64,000 nt of DNA from an uncultured delta proteobacterium (GCA_963771465.1 CAVYTU010000009.1:96001-160000), one strand, 5' to 3'. Counted from the stretch's first letter, positions 11,142 to 21,570 are shown. The notes: generated by a model not told the origin, from the letters alone. Translations and numbers: made by a program.

Positions 11142-11864
11142 TCACTGTTCAGAATAAAAAACAATCTTTTTAATAAAGGCGGCGGCGCCACCTTTTGTGT
11201 CGTCGGTGTTCATTTCAAACGCAAAGCCTGTGATGGGCGGCGTCTTTTCCTGTTTGAAAACATCTTTAAATCGATTGTTGACTTCAAATTTGGTGACAAT
11301 GGTTTGCCCCATAGGCGCGCCATTGGATACACAAAAGTAGCGCCCACCTTCCTGGTATAAAGCACCGAGGTACATTCTATTAACCTGTTCTTTCTCGCCG
11401 ATGAACGCACTAAGGAAGTACGGAGCGGCCTTGATGCCAAAAGGCAAGCCGCTACTCAACTTCTTGTCGCCAAAACTGAAAATGACGCCAATCGGCACCC
11501 GTTTATTTCCTTGTGCCCAGTCTGCACCGATGGGAAAGCGGTTTACACCCCATTCAATAACAACATGATTTACGTCGCGAACGTAATTTGGCTTGCCAAA
11601 CTTTAATCCGAACATGGCTGTCAAACCTTCGTTCGTGCTGATGCGCAGCCCCTCATTCTCAAACTTCAAATGCAATCTCTTTGCATCGAGAAAATCATCG
11701 AATCCCTGCTTCTTAAGCCATGTGAATGCATCGATATTCTCTTTCTGGCCGAAATCCATGGTGTATAGAGCCTTGGGTTCGGCGCCCGCGGATATTATCT
11801 CACCCATGATTATGGCGATTCCAAGTATCGCAGCACATAGGCACTTCTTGGAATTTGTCTTCAC
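11142..11864 (-). CDS. Secreted hypothetical protein (DUF3047-like)
   Basis: Signal peptide; C-terminal PPITGFAFEMNTDDTKGGAAAFIKKIVF resembles the DUF3047 end motif. Confidence 0.6.
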   Translation of the reverse strand: MKTNSKKCLCAAILGIAIIMGEIISAGAEPKALYTMDFGQKENIDAFTWLKKQGFDDFLDAKRLHLKFENEGLRISTNEGLTAMFGLKFGKPNYVRDVNHVVIEWGVNRFPIGADWAQGNKRVPIGVIFSFGDKKLSSGLPFGIKAAPYFLSAFIGEKEQVNRMYLGALYQEGGRYFCVSNGAPMGQTIVTKFEVNNRFKDVFKQEKTPPITGFAFEMNTDDTKGGAAAFIKKIVFYSEQ

Positions 11865-11999
11865 GCCATCTGTCCCTTATCGGTTATTGGTCATGACAAG
11901 CACTGAAAAGTATATATCCCTTTGTATCTGCAAGGGAAGCTGCCGACAATTCACCTTTGGTTTCCCATTCTTGCCATGCAATAGAGCACTTCACTTACA

Positions 12000-12243
12000 G
12001 GACGGCCGGGCGAAGAACCGGCGCGTGGAACTGACGGTGGCTGGTTCGGGCAACTGAATCAGGCGGCCTTGGCTGGTCGCCGCGAGCAGCTCAATCCGGC
12101 CTCACAGGAGAAAACGTCCTCATCCTGAGCTCGGCATGACCCTGCATCTGGTCACGCACGCTATGGAAGGAGTCCTGTGAAGATTATCAGCTTAGCGCTG
12201 TTGTTCGTGCCGGTGGCCGTGGCCCCGGAACATCTGGCATCCG
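12000..12243 (+). repeat. ~245-bp direct repeat, copy 2
   Basis: Again encodes GRAKNRRVELTVAGSGN*; ends at the same CATCTGGCATCCG as copy 1. Confidence 0.92.
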
Positions 12244-12548
12244 AAGTTGTCAATCAATTTTCGTTCGCGTTCATCCCAATATACCTGGTCAGTATATATA
12301 GTGCCAATATACCTGCACAGAACAGGTTAATTCATTACCGATGAGCCGGACTACGAACCACTCTATTTTGTCGTAGGATTGAACTGAACGACGCTTCAAT
12401 TTCATCTCACAGGATTTGTATGGAAGATAACGTTCAACTATAAGGTGAGCGTATCGGGTGAGCGCCGCCAGCGTTCCAGAAGTCGTGGGATGGGAAGCGG
12501 CATCACCGCGCACATTAGGTTAACAGTGATTCGACGAAGTCTGCAAAG

Positions 12549-12734
12549 ATGAGACTAATCGGAAAAGTTTGTCCACGTTGCGGAAAGCCTGGATCGGTGC
12601 TCTATATGACGAAAGAGCGAATTGTCTATCAGTGTCCAAGCGAACATCAGTACGAAACTAGGTTCAGCAAATTCAGTATCGCTACACCGCAACCTGCTTC
12701 TCAAGAAAACAAACCAGATCGTATCTTGACATAG
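12549..12734 (+). CDS. Small putative zinc-ribbon protein
   Basis: CPRC..CPSEH pattern, ATG start. Confidence 0.45.
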   Translation: MRLIGKVCPRCGKPGSVLYMTKERIVYQCPSEHQYETRFSKFSIATPQPASQENKPDRILT

Positions 12735-13893
12735 GCGTCCTTCTCTTGCCTGGCCGTCGTCTTCCGTCAGATTGACAATCCTCGCGTCGGGTTGGATTTA
12801 TCCGTCACTGTTAAAGAGCTTGTCACTTGGTTCGTCATCAACCATGAGTGCGAGTCTATCATTTCGATACCGAGTCAGAACTTGCTTGGTATTTGGCTTG
12901 CCTGGAATGTGGGGCTAATGAGCCATTAGGTGTCGTCAAAAAATCCCAACGACCTAAAGCTCTCTCCGAAAAATACTCAGCGCAGAACGCCACAACGTGA
13001 TAAAGGAAGGACTGGCTTTGTACTGCCGATGAAAGTCCCGTAGCCATCGTTATATTTAGTGGTTCGCTCAGGCTTGTCCGATGACTATCCGAACGGCCAG
13101 CGTTCTGTGGCGAGCGAGATTATTATTCGCATCCTGGCTGCAATCGGATTCCCCGGGTCGCGACCTATGAATGCGTGGTCACTCCGTCCGATAGGCCGCA
13201 TTCCCATTTTCTTTCTTCTAAGAAGATAATGATGCCGATTTCAGGGATTTCCTGATAGGAATTTCTTGCCTCTAGTGTCAAAGCGGTCAGGTAGCGCCTC
13301 GGTGATTGATAATTCAACAGTCCAAGACGGGGAAGAGGGTATTGGACCAAAGTCCAATAGAAAAGCTTTCCGCGCCTCGTTAGTTCGCGTTGGAATGCCA
13401 TCAATTGAATCGCTATTGATCGGATAATAAACCTAAACACTATTAAGGAGGCTATATGAAGCTATTTAGGATGGTGCTTACGGGGATCATGCTTGTGGGT
13501 TTAACATCCGTCGCCTCCGACCATATCGCTACGCGCTCTTCTTCATGACGGACGACGTACTGTTGCATCTTCTTTTTTGACCGAAGGGCTCTACATCGTT
13601 GATGAGGACAGCAATGGATCATTGGCTAAACAAATGCGCCAGGACTGATATTTCTTAAAGAGCTTTCCACTTGGTTTATATTGAACCATAAGTTGAGCCT
13701 GGTATTTGGATCGAAGGCGAGTCAGAACTTGCTTGATATTTTGCTTGCGTCGAATGCGGAGCTAACGACCGGCGATCGGCCCAATCCCGGGCGGGTTTTA
13801 CTGATACAACATCCAAGTAGTAGTGTGGCAACAGCCACAATAATTCCTAATGCGAAAATAGAATCGGAAATTTTGTTGGTGAGGGGTCCTGCC

Positions 13894-14106
13894 ATGGCAA
13901 TAGAATTTCGGTCCGATCTCAAAGGAATCTGGCATTGGTGCTCCGACTGCCGATATTGGCCAGCAAACTCGTTCGACATTCTAAACACCCAAACACTGCC
14001 ACCCGGTTTTAAGAGCTGCCCGGAATGCACGGTCCTAGCTCCCATCGATGGATTCATAGCGCTGTCCGAATCACCTTCACGATCCCTGCGTCCGAAAGCC
14101 CGGTGA
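13894..14106 (+). CDS. Small Cys-rich protein (WHWCxxC..CxxC)
   Basis: GAGGGG RBS, MAIEFRSD..WHWCSDCRYWP..CPEC. Confidence 0.5.
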   Translation: MAIEFRSDLKGIWHWCSDCRYWPANSFDILNTQTLPPGFKSCPECTVLAPIDGFIALSESPSRSLRPKAR

Positions 14107-14145
14107 GCACGAGAAAACTCGGTCATAGAAGATCAGACCGACGCC

Positions 14146-14490
14146 CAAAGCACGTCAACACTCGCGCCAAAGCAGCGATGATGATCGCCTTGGATCGGCA
14201 TCGAAAGTACGTGGTGCAGTCGCAAAGATACTATGAAAAGAAACGCAGCGAGGGAAAGAAACACAATCAGGCTGTCCGAGCTCTAGGTCGACACTTGTCT
14301 CGGATCATCTACAAAATGCTCACCGAAGAACGTCCCCAAAAAGGGAATAACAAGACAAAGGTCAGTCCGAGATCGTCGATTAAAACGCAAATATGGAGGC
14401 CGAAAATCTTATCCAGGAAAAACAAATAACAAAAACTTCGTAGAGCACGTACCTCAGCCTCATCCACTTGAAATTCTCAGCGGGATGATC
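14146..14490 (+). mobile_element. IS110-family transposase C-terminal remnant and probable IS end
   Basis: SQRYYEKKRSEGKKHNQAVRALGRHLSRIIYKML is typical of the IS110 C-terminus. Confidence 0.7.
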
Positions 14491-14649
14491 AGACTCTTAC
14501 GTCTCGATTTTCGCCGCCATCAACAACCTTTGCCAACAACCTAGGAACACCGATCAACACAATACCCGAACCTGAACTGTCCATCCATAAGGATACGCTC
14601 CCAGGCGCTCCGTTCGAGGTTTAATTCCAAAGCCTGTTCCAATCGCTCA

Positions 14650-14730
14650 ACCGGTTCCATCATCACCTTATGACCTCTGATCAATCGTATGAATCTCTCG
14701 ATTTCGCGAGTCGAAGCGAAATTGCTCATA
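14650..14730 (-). pseudogene. ORF6N-domain protein N-terminal remnant
   Basis: EIERFIRLIRGHKVMM resembles the IxxIRGxKVML start of ORF6N domains. Confidence 0.4.
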
Positions 14731-14928
14731 GGGAACGACCCTTTCAAGCGCTCGGGCGAAGACATTAAGTGGTGCGGCAATCATTCAGCCAAAATTTTCG
14801 TTACCCTACTGGAATCACCGTCGCTGTGACAAGGGACGGGAAAGGATAAAGACAAAGGAATAGAGGATAAAAGCCGTGGACGCGATCGTGGTGGGAATAC
14901 TCGTGTTCGTGGTGTCTCCAGCCTATCG

Positions 14929-15420
14929 TTAGAGCAACTCTAGAATTTCCGACCTTAAGTTGCCACGATGAATTTCTAACCGCGCGATTGTGACCGGCAG
15001 CTTAAACCTTCTCGGTCCGGCGCTGCCGGGATTTACGAACAAGACATCGCCGCGCTGAACGATGCTTGGCTTGTGGGAATGACCGCTGATCACGGCGCGA
15101 ATTCCTGCGGCGTTGGGAATTTCTTCAAGATCGTTGACGTTATGGATCACGTGTAATTTGATGCCATTGATCTGGAAATTGAGAATGTCCGGAAGTGTCT
15201 TTGACCATGCATCGCGGTCGTTGTTGCCGCGGATGGCATGCACTGGTGCGACGGAACACAGGGATTGAAGTACTTGGGGCTTGCCGATGTCACCACCATG
15301 AATAATCAGCTCAACTCCCTTCAACGCAGCCAAAGCTTCGGGACGAACCAAGCCGTGGGTGTCGGAGATCACGCCGATAATGCCTTTTTTGATTTCGATC
15401 CGTTTCTTCCGAACTAGCAT
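14929..15420 (-). CDS. Metallophosphoesterase, YfcE/MJ0936 family
   Basis: ISDTHG, HGGDIG, RGNND, SGHSH, NPGSAG. Confidence 0.92.
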   Translation of the reverse strand: MLVRKKRIEIKKGIIGVISDTHGLVRPEALAALKGVELIIHGGDIGKPQVLQSLCSVAPVHAIRGNNDRDAWSKTLPDILNFQINGIKLHVIHNVNDLEEIPNAAGIRAVISGHSHKPSIVQRGDVLFVNPGSAGPRRFKLPVTIARLEIHRGNLRSEILELL

Positions 15421-15491
15421 GACCAGCCTGATTTAGCTTGATTCCGTCTCCGGCGCAATTCTATATTGGCTGTAGGTCAACGGAGGTTCCT

Positions 15492-15995
15492 ATGTTTCCT
15501 CATCTTCAAAGTTTTAATTTGCAGAAATGGATCGACGAGAACCGCGGTAGTTGGGGCCAGCGTAGAGTCATCTGGCAGGACTCGGATTATATCGCCTTCG
15601 TAACGCGCGGACCGAACCGGCGCAAGGACTACCACATCAATCCCGGCGACGAGATTTTTTATCAACTGGAAGGTGAGCTTAACCTGCACTACTTGAAGAA
15701 TCGGGAGCGAGAATTAGCGGTGCTCAAGGCCGGCGATATATTTCTCATGCCGAAGAACACACCGCACTCACCGCGGCGCGCCGATGGCTCCTGGACTTAT
15801 GTAGTAGAAAGAACCCGAACCCAAGAAGAAATCGACCGGTTTATTTGGCCCTGCGAGAAATGCGGCAATAATCTCTATGCCACGGATGTGCGCTTCGACG
15901 ATCCCGGCGATGCGGTCAATAAAGCGACCGCGGCGCTAAAAGCGGATGCGAAACTAGCGACGTGCAAGCAGTGCGGTGAGATATTGGATCTTTAA
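15492..15995 (+). CDS. nbaC: 3-hydroxyanthranilate 3,4-dioxygenase-like cupin
   Basis: GPNRRKDYHINPGDEIFYQLEG, PHSPRR, rubredoxin-like CEKC..CKQCG; GGAGG RBS before ATG 15492. Confidence 0.85.
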   Translation: MFPHLQSFNLQKWIDENRGSWGQRRVIWQDSDYIAFVTRGPNRRKDYHINPGDEIFYQLEGELNLHYLKNRERELAVLKAGDIFLMPKNTPHSPRRADGSWTYVVERTRTQEEIDRFIWPCEKCGNNLYATDVRFDDPGDAVNKATAALKADAKLATCKQCGEILDL

Positions 15996-16039
15996 ACAAG
16001 CTCAAGCGATTCTTTTAACAACTTAAAGTAATCGACGAG

Positions 16040-18334
16040 CTAAGATTTGGCCTGTAGTGCGCGCCAAACTTTCGGCGGCGTGAGCGGTAAGTCCTGAATG
16101 CGCACACCGACGGCGCGCGAAACCGCATTGGCGATGGCCGAGGCGACGGGCAACAGTCCTCCCTCGCCCATGCCTTTGGCTCCGAACGGTCCTGGCCCGT
16201 TACCGTTTTCGATTAGAATCGTGTGCAGCTTGTCCGGCAAATCTTTAAACGTCGGCACGCGGTAATCGACCATGTTGCCGTTGAGCAATTGGCCATCTTC
16301 GTAGACCATCTCTTCCATGAGCGTATGGCCGATGCCGAACATGACCGCGCCTTCGTCCTGACCGATGCACTGTTCCGGATTGATCGCCTTGCCGGCGTCG
16401 CAGGCCGAAACGTAATTGAGCAGCTTAACGTTACCCGTATCGCGGTCGACCTCGACTTCGACGCCGCCCCAACCGACTTCCCAGAAGGTTGTCGTCGAGC
16501 CGAGCACGGCCTTGGCGCTGCGTTTGTCTTTGTAGAGGCCTTTACCAATGATTTCTCCGGCCTTGCTGCCAAAGAAGTCGACAATCACTTTACTGAATGA
16601 AATGCTCTGCCCCTTGTTTGTGACCACCTGGCCATCTTTGAGTTTCAAGCTATCGGCTTTTTGCTTTAAGACTTTCGCCGCGCATTGGAGCAATTGCTTT
16701 CTGGCATCCTCGGCGGCGCGTTGCACGGCGGTGCCCATGACCACTGTCGAGCTGCTGGCACTGGTGGAAATATCGTAGGGCGTTACGTCGGTATCGAGTT
16801 GGGCGACGCCGATCTGATCCATCGGCAGCGCCAATTCTTCGGCGACGATTTGGCTCAGCGCGGTGCGCGGCCCCTGCCCGGCTTCAACGGTGCCGGTGAG
16901 CAGCATGACGCTGCCGTCGGAGGACATCTTAACCGTCGCGCCGGCAACTTTGTACGTCCCGCCGGCATCTTTCATGCAGCAACTAATGCCCTTGGCGCGA
17001 TTGGGCTTATGGCTCTTTTCACTCCACTTGATCGCATCGGCGACCTTGAGCAAGCCTTCTTTCAGGTCGCAGTCTACCGGTGTATCGCCAACCGTATAAA
17101 GGTCGCCTTTTTTAAGCAGGTTCTTGATGCGAAACTCCAATGGGTCAAGACCGAGCCGATCGGCGATCATGTCCATCTGCGATTCGTAGGCCCAAGTGAC
17201 TTGCAGGGCGCCGAAACCGCGAAATGCGCCCGCGGGCACAGTGTTGGTATAAACTCCGTACGCTTCGACCTTGGCATAGGGAGTTCGATATGGCCCGAGC
17301 GCGCGATAGCCCGCCTTCTGCGTCACCCGCGGTCCTGCGTCAGCGTAGGCGCCCGTGTCCATGTAAACCTGGCAATCGCGCGCGATGAGCTTGCCGTCCT
17401 TGGTCACCCCGGTCTTCACCGTGACGCGCGCCGGATGGCGTGTGACAGTCTTGAAACTTTCGTTGATCGAGAGCTGCAACTTTACCGGCCGCCGCGTCAT
17501 CCAGGTCAGCGCCGCTGCGATCGGCTCGGCTTTGACATAAAGCTTGCCGCCGTAGCCACCGCCCACGTAGGGCACGATGACGCGAATGCGGCTGCACGGT
17601 AGCTTGAAAATTCCCGACAAATGATCGCGCAAGGTGAATGGGTCCTGACATGACGCCCAGACGGTTAACTTTTCGCCGTCATAGTAGGCGACATTGTTGT
17701 GCGCCTCGAGAGAGAAGTGCTGCACCTTTTGAAAGCGGAAGGTGTCTTCAAAAATATGCTCGGCTTTGGCAAATCCCTTCTCGACATCCTCTCGCCCGAA
17801 GGTTAGGTAGTAGCAAATATTGGTGCTGCTGAACCGCTCTGGCGCGCCGTAGGTCGAGCCGCGCAACTCCGCGCGCGCTACGCCGCCTTCATGAACTTGA
17901 ATCGCACCGGGCGCAGTGGCTTCTTCGAGATTGGTCACCATCGGCAACTCTTCGTACTCGACTTCGATCAGCTCCAGCGCCTGCTCGGCGATCTCCGCCG
18001 TGTCCGCCAAGACCGCGGCCACCGGATCACCGACATAACGCACCTTGTCGACCGCGACGATGGACTGGTCTTTGTAAGTCGCACCGTATTTAAAATTAAA
18101 GCCCTGGATGTCGTCGCGAGTTAGCGTCGCGATGACACCGGGAAATTCTTTTGCCTTGGCGGCGTCGACCTTGACCAGTTTCGCGTGGGCCACCGGACTA
18201 CGCAGGATGCGCGCATGAGCCATGCCCGGCAACTGGATATCGCTGGTGTAGACCGCCTTGCCGCTGACCTTTTCGATGGCGTCGACGCGCTGCGCGTTGG
18301 TGCCGACGACTTTGAGATCGTGCTTGAACTTCAT
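16040..18334 (-). CDS. Xanthine dehydrogenase family molybdopterin-binding (large) subunit
   Basis: GGGYGGK, GAFRGFG, GQG, AKGMGEGG, LPLTP. Confidence 0.93.
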   Translation of the reverse strand: MKFKHDLKVVGTNAQRVDAIEKVSGKAVYTSDIQLPGMAHARILRSPVAHAKLVKVDAAKAKEFPGVIATLTRDDIQGFNFKYGATYKDQSIVAVDKVRYVGDPVAAVLADTAEIAEQALELIEVEYEELPMVTNLEEATAPGAIQVHEGGVARAELRGSTYGAPERFSSTNICYYLTFGREDVEKGFAKAEHIFEDTFRFQKVQHFSLEAHNNVAYYDGEKLTVWASCQDPFTLRDHLSGIFKLPCSRIRVIVPYVGGGYGGKLYVKAEPIAAALTWMTRRPVKLQLSINESFKTVTRHPARVTVKTGVTKDGKLIARDCQVYMDTGAYADAGPRVTQKAGYRALGPYRTPYAKVEAYGVYTNTVPAGAFRGFGALQVTWAYESQMDMIADRLGLDPLEFRIKNLLKKGDLYTVGDTPVDCDLKEGLLKVADAIKWSEKSHKPNRAKGISCCMKDAGGTYKVAGATVKMSSDGSVMLLTGTVEAGQGPRTALSQIVAEELALPMDQIGVAQLDTDVTPYDISTSASSSTVVMGTAVQRAAEDARKQLLQCAAKVLKQKADSLKLKDGQVVTNKGQSISFSKVIVDFFGSKAGEIIGKGLYKDKRSAKAVLGSTTTFWEVGWGGVEVEVDRDTGNVKLLNYVSACDAGKAINPEQCIGQDEGAVMFGIGHTLMEEMVYEDGQLLNGNMVDYRVPTFKDLPDKLHTILIENGNGPGPFGAKGMGEGGLLPVASAIANAVSRAVGVRIQDLPLTPPKVWRALQAKS

Positions 18335-18351
18335 GGTGTACTGTAGAAAGT

Positions 18352-18384
18352 AAAAAAAGCCACGGTGAGGTCATTACCGTGGCT
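18352..18384 (-). terminator. Rho-independent terminator after ubiD and the zinc-ribbon gene
   Basis: AGCCACGGT / ACCGTGGCT stem followed by a T7 run on the minus strand. Confidence 0.75.
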
Positions 18385-18396
18385 ATCAACCGCGAC

Positions 18397-18543
18397 TTAT
18401 TTGCGGATCTTTGGACTATCTTTTTCGGGGAAATATTTGTCGCAGAAAGGGCAATGAAAATCCATTCCCGATCCCAGCATATGCGGATTCACGACAAAAA
18501 TTTTCTTACAAGTTGGACAAGTGATTTCAACCGCCTGACCCAT
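18397..18543 (-). CDS. 48-aa zinc-ribbon protein (below the ORF-track cutoff)
   Basis: GAGGAGG RBS; MGQAVEITCPTCKKIFVVNPHMLGSGMDFHCPFCDKYFPEKDSPKIRK with two CxxC pairs. Confidence 0.8.
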   Translation of the reverse strand: MGQAVEITCPTCKKIFVVNPHMLGSGMDFHCPFCDKYFPEKDSPKIRK

Positions 18544-18590
18544 GCTGCCTCCTCAATAAGTTTCGTAAACCGTGTTTGCTGCGCAACCAC

Positions 18591-20036
18591 TTACGCCCAG
18601 TAGGTCGTGCGGTCCATTGGAATATGCTGCAAAACTTCGCCCGGCACATAGTCTTCCAGCTTGATGCGCGCCATCGCTTCATCCGGGCACTTGGACACGG
18701 GTGAAAACGGCCGGTCCGTTGGTTTAGTCGCATCGACGATCATGCCCGACGTCTTGATCTCGTCGCGCAGTGACGGGTCCAAGAAATTGCCGCGGAACAG
18801 CGGCTTTAAAATATTCACCTGGAGATGCGGCTGCACCCGAGTCGCGACCGCCCAGAGAATGTCGGTGGGATTGAAAACATCAATGTCCTCATCGAACACA
18901 AAGACATTCTTGGTGTGGTCGAAGGTCAACGCGGCGGCTGCGGCGCGTGCCGGATCGCCCTCGGACATCTTTTTCATGGAGATAAAGACGTTATAGTGCG
19001 CATGGCGCCCTTGCTTGCAGACCGCCGTAACGCCGGGCACCGCTTCGCGGCAACGGCGTAAGTACGCGCCTTCTCGCGGCAGATCCATCCACGGTTTATC
19101 GCCTTCCGGCGTGATCACCGACTGATACATGGCGCCGTTACGATAATTGATCGCTTTAACTTCGTAATGCACGCAAGTCGTGTAGCGTTGCGGCCCAAGG
19201 TAACCCGGTGCTTCACCAAACGGGCCCTCGACCACCCGGCCACCAGGTCTGAGCACGCCTTCGATCACGACTTCAGCGTCAGCGGGTATAAGCAAATCGT
19301 CGCCAAAAGTTTCGGAAGCGACCAAGCGCAGCGGTTCACCCATATAGCCGCCAATCACGTCGTATTCACTGACTTCGAAAGGCCCGCTATAACAAGCGCC
19401 CATGTGAAAGGCCGGATGATGACCGAGCACCGTGGCGACCGGCATTTCCATGTTGTTTTCTTCGTAGTCCTTGAAAATTTTCCAGAGGTGGCGCGGTGAG
19501 GCATAAAGCGCGGTGGAAGTTTTCGATTTCACTTCCATGCGATGGTACGAGAGGTTGTAGATGCCCGACTTGCGGTCTTTGGTGATCGTCGACAAGACGA
19601 TATAAGGGCCGCCGTCCATCTCATGATGGCGCATGATCGGAATTTGATAGAGGTCGACTTTATCGCCGACCATGGTGTTTTCCTTGATCGGCGCGTCTTT
19701 TCTTTGAATGATCGTCGGCGGCACCCGATGCTCTTCCATCTCCAGACATTTTTCGGCCATCTGCGGCCGCGTCGCGGTGCGCGGCATGCCCAAAGCGATT
19801 TGCGTTTTGCCCTGGGAGATTTCGCAGTTCATGGTCAGCTTGATCGGCCCGACTTTACCATTCAAGTTCAATGGATTATCGAAAATGATGATGGGAAATT
19901 TTTTCTGCGCGCCAAGATGCTTAATAATCGCGGTAACGTCGTAATTGGCCGGATTCACCTCCTTGGTGACGTGAATCACTTCGCCAGGCAACTCGCGCTG
20001 GCAGTCGGCTATGAAAGTCCTCAAATCCTTCGCCAT
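18591..20036 (-). CDS. UbiD-family prFMN-dependent decarboxylase
   Basis: DLRTFI, DGGPYI, YNLSYHR, PADAEVVIEG, EGPFGEAPGY, DEDIDVFN, WAVATR, DATKP. Confidence 0.93.
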   Translation of the reverse strand: MAKDLRTFIADCQRELPGEVIHVTKEVNPANYDVTAIIKHLGAQKKFPIIIFDNPLNLNGKVGPIKLTMNCEISQGKTQIALGMPRTATRPQMAEKCLEMEEHRVPPTIIQRKDAPIKENTMVGDKVDLYQIPIMRHHEMDGGPYIVLSTITKDRKSGIYNLSYHRMEVKSKTSTALYASPRHLWKIFKDYEENNMEMPVATVLGHHPAFHMGACYSGPFEVSEYDVIGGYMGEPLRLVASETFGDDLLIPADAEVVIEGVLRPGGRVVEGPFGEAPGYLGPQRYTTCVHYEVKAINYRNGAMYQSVITPEGDKPWMDLPREGAYLRRCREAVPGVTAVCKQGRHAHYNVFISMKKMSEGDPARAAAAALTFDHTKNVFVFDEDIDVFNPTDILWAVATRVQPHLQVNILKPLFRGNFLDPSLRDEIKTSGMIVDATKPTDRPFSPVSKCPDEAMARIKLEDYVPGEVLQHIPMDRTTYWA

Positions 20037-20133
20037 TTAGGCCTCCTGCGAGAAATATATGAAATTGTTTATGCAAAAAGATTTATCGGATGGGGTTCTG
20101 CTTGTCAATTGAAACAGCAAGTTTGCACCCCGA

Positions 20134-20433
20134 TTAAGAAGACGAGATGCGGCTTTTCCAGTATCCTGGTTCGCGACTGCAATGCATCACGGCGACAATG
20201 AGAACGTAATCTGTTTCGATCGTGTACAAGATGCCATATGGAAAAACTCGGGTAAGGCAACGGCGCACGTCTTCGTCAACGATACGCCATCGATCGGGCG
20301 TGTCGACAACGCGTCCGATAGCATCTTCGACCGATTGGATAAACCGACGGGCTAATTGTGGATCGCGTTCAGCGTAGTAGCGACTGGCTTCTTGATACTC
20401 TTGTAGCGCCTCGGGATGAAACTCGAAGTTCAT
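20134..20433 (-). CDS. Type II toxin, RelE/ParE family
   Basis: FHPEA..YY..RRCL.RVFPYGILY..IVAVMHCSREPGYW. Confidence 0.9.
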   Translation of the reverse strand: MNFEFHPEALQEYQEASRYYAERDPQLARRFIQSVEDAIGRVVDTPDRWRIVDEDVRRCLTRVFPYGILYTIETDYVLIVAVMHCSREPGYWKSRISSS

Positions 20434-20663
20434 CGGCGCAGCGCATCACGTACCTTCTGCAGCGCCGTTTGACCGGGAATTGCTTTGACTTGACCGCTTC
20501 GAACCTCGTCACGCCGGCGCTTTGCTTCAGAGACCCAGAGTTGATCGATCTGTCCGAGAACCTGGGTATCGAGGCTTTCCACAAGCAGGTCAGCTAGCTG
20601 AGCTCGTGATTCGTTCGAAAGCGCCATGGCCTGCTCGGCCAATTGTTCAATTGTTGTTACCAT
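20430..20663 (-). CDS. Addiction-module antitoxin (TIGR02574-like)
   Basis: LSNESRAQLADLLVESLD..W..EAKRR..SG; overlaps the toxin start. Confidence 0.88.
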   Translation of the reverse strand: MVTTIEQLAEQAMALSNESRAQLADLLVESLDTQVLGQIDQLWVSEAKRRRDEVRSGQVKAIPGQTALQKVRDALRR

Positions 20664-20733
20664 GCTTAGAGATTACCTTAACCTAGTGATGCCAACAAGT
20701 CTCAATTCTCTGGGTAATTTCTGCCGAGAAACC

Positions 20734-21570
20734 TCATTCAAACACCACCGACCGGTTGCCGTGCAAGAATACCCGCTCTTCGAGAACCAACTTCACTGCC
20801 TTCGCTAAGGTGATCTTTTCCGCGTCTCGGCCCGCCTGGACCATCGCCGTGGCGGTATAAGTGTGATTCACCGGGATCGTACTCTGGGCGATGATCGGCC
20901 CGGTGTCGAGATCATCGGTGACGATATGCGCGGTGGCGCCGATGATCTTCACGCCGCGCTGATAAGCTTGATGGTACGGTTTGGCGCCGATGAAGGCGGG
21001 TAAGAACGAGTGATGTATGTTGATGACGCGGTCGCGGTAACGCCCAACAAACGTCGGCGTCAAAATGCGCATATATTTGGCGAGCACGAGATAGTCAGGC
21101 GCATAGGAATCGATCACCTCCATGACGCGCTTTTCGTGCTCTACGCGATCCAGATCGTTATGGCTGACGCAGTGAAATGGAATGCCAAACGGTTTGACCA
21201 ATGAACCGAGCGTCTCGTGGTTGGCGACAACGGCTTTGATATCGGCAGGCAGCTCGCCGGAATAATGGCGAATCAACAGATCGCCTAAACAGTGCGCCTC
21301 CGTCGTTGCCAGGATGATTATGGGTTGGCGCTCCGCGGCAACTAGTTTCACCACCGACTCTTTCGGCAGCATCTGCTCAAGATATGAGACGACGGTCTTC
21401 GGCGCCGCCGGTCCTTCGAACGCCGTGCGCATGAAGAAATGCTTCGCTTCCAGGTCGACAAACTCTTGGTTGCTGAGGATGTTGTAACCTGCGTTAAACA
21501 AAACGCCGGTAATTTTGTGGACCAGACCTGGCTCGTCCGGACAGTCGATTCTCAAAATATGCGGCGGCAA
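20734..21570 (-). CDS. purU: Formyltetrahydrofolate deformylase
   Basis: CPDEPGLV, FFMR, HCLGDLL, VLAKYMRIL, INIHHSFLPAFIGAKPYHQAYQRGVKIIGATAH. Confidence 0.96.
   Translation of the reverse strand: MPPHILRIDCPDEPGLVHKITGVLFNAGYNILSNQEFVDLEAKHFFMRTAFEGPAAPKTVVSYLEQMLPKESVVKLVAAERQPIIILATTEAHCLGDLLIRHYSGELPADIKAVVANHETLGSLVKPFGIPFHCVSHNDLDRVEHEKRVMEVIDSYAPDYLVLAKYMRILTPTFVGRYRDRVINIHHSFLPAFIGAKPYHQAYQRGVKIIGATAHIVTDDLDTGPIIAQSTIPVNHTYTATAMVQAGRDAEKITLAKAVKLVLEERVFLHGNRSVVFE

Noticed and set aside
12420-12525. Possible integron attC (TAAC..GTTA)
   Set aside because: No convincing internal complementarity, no array and no IntI
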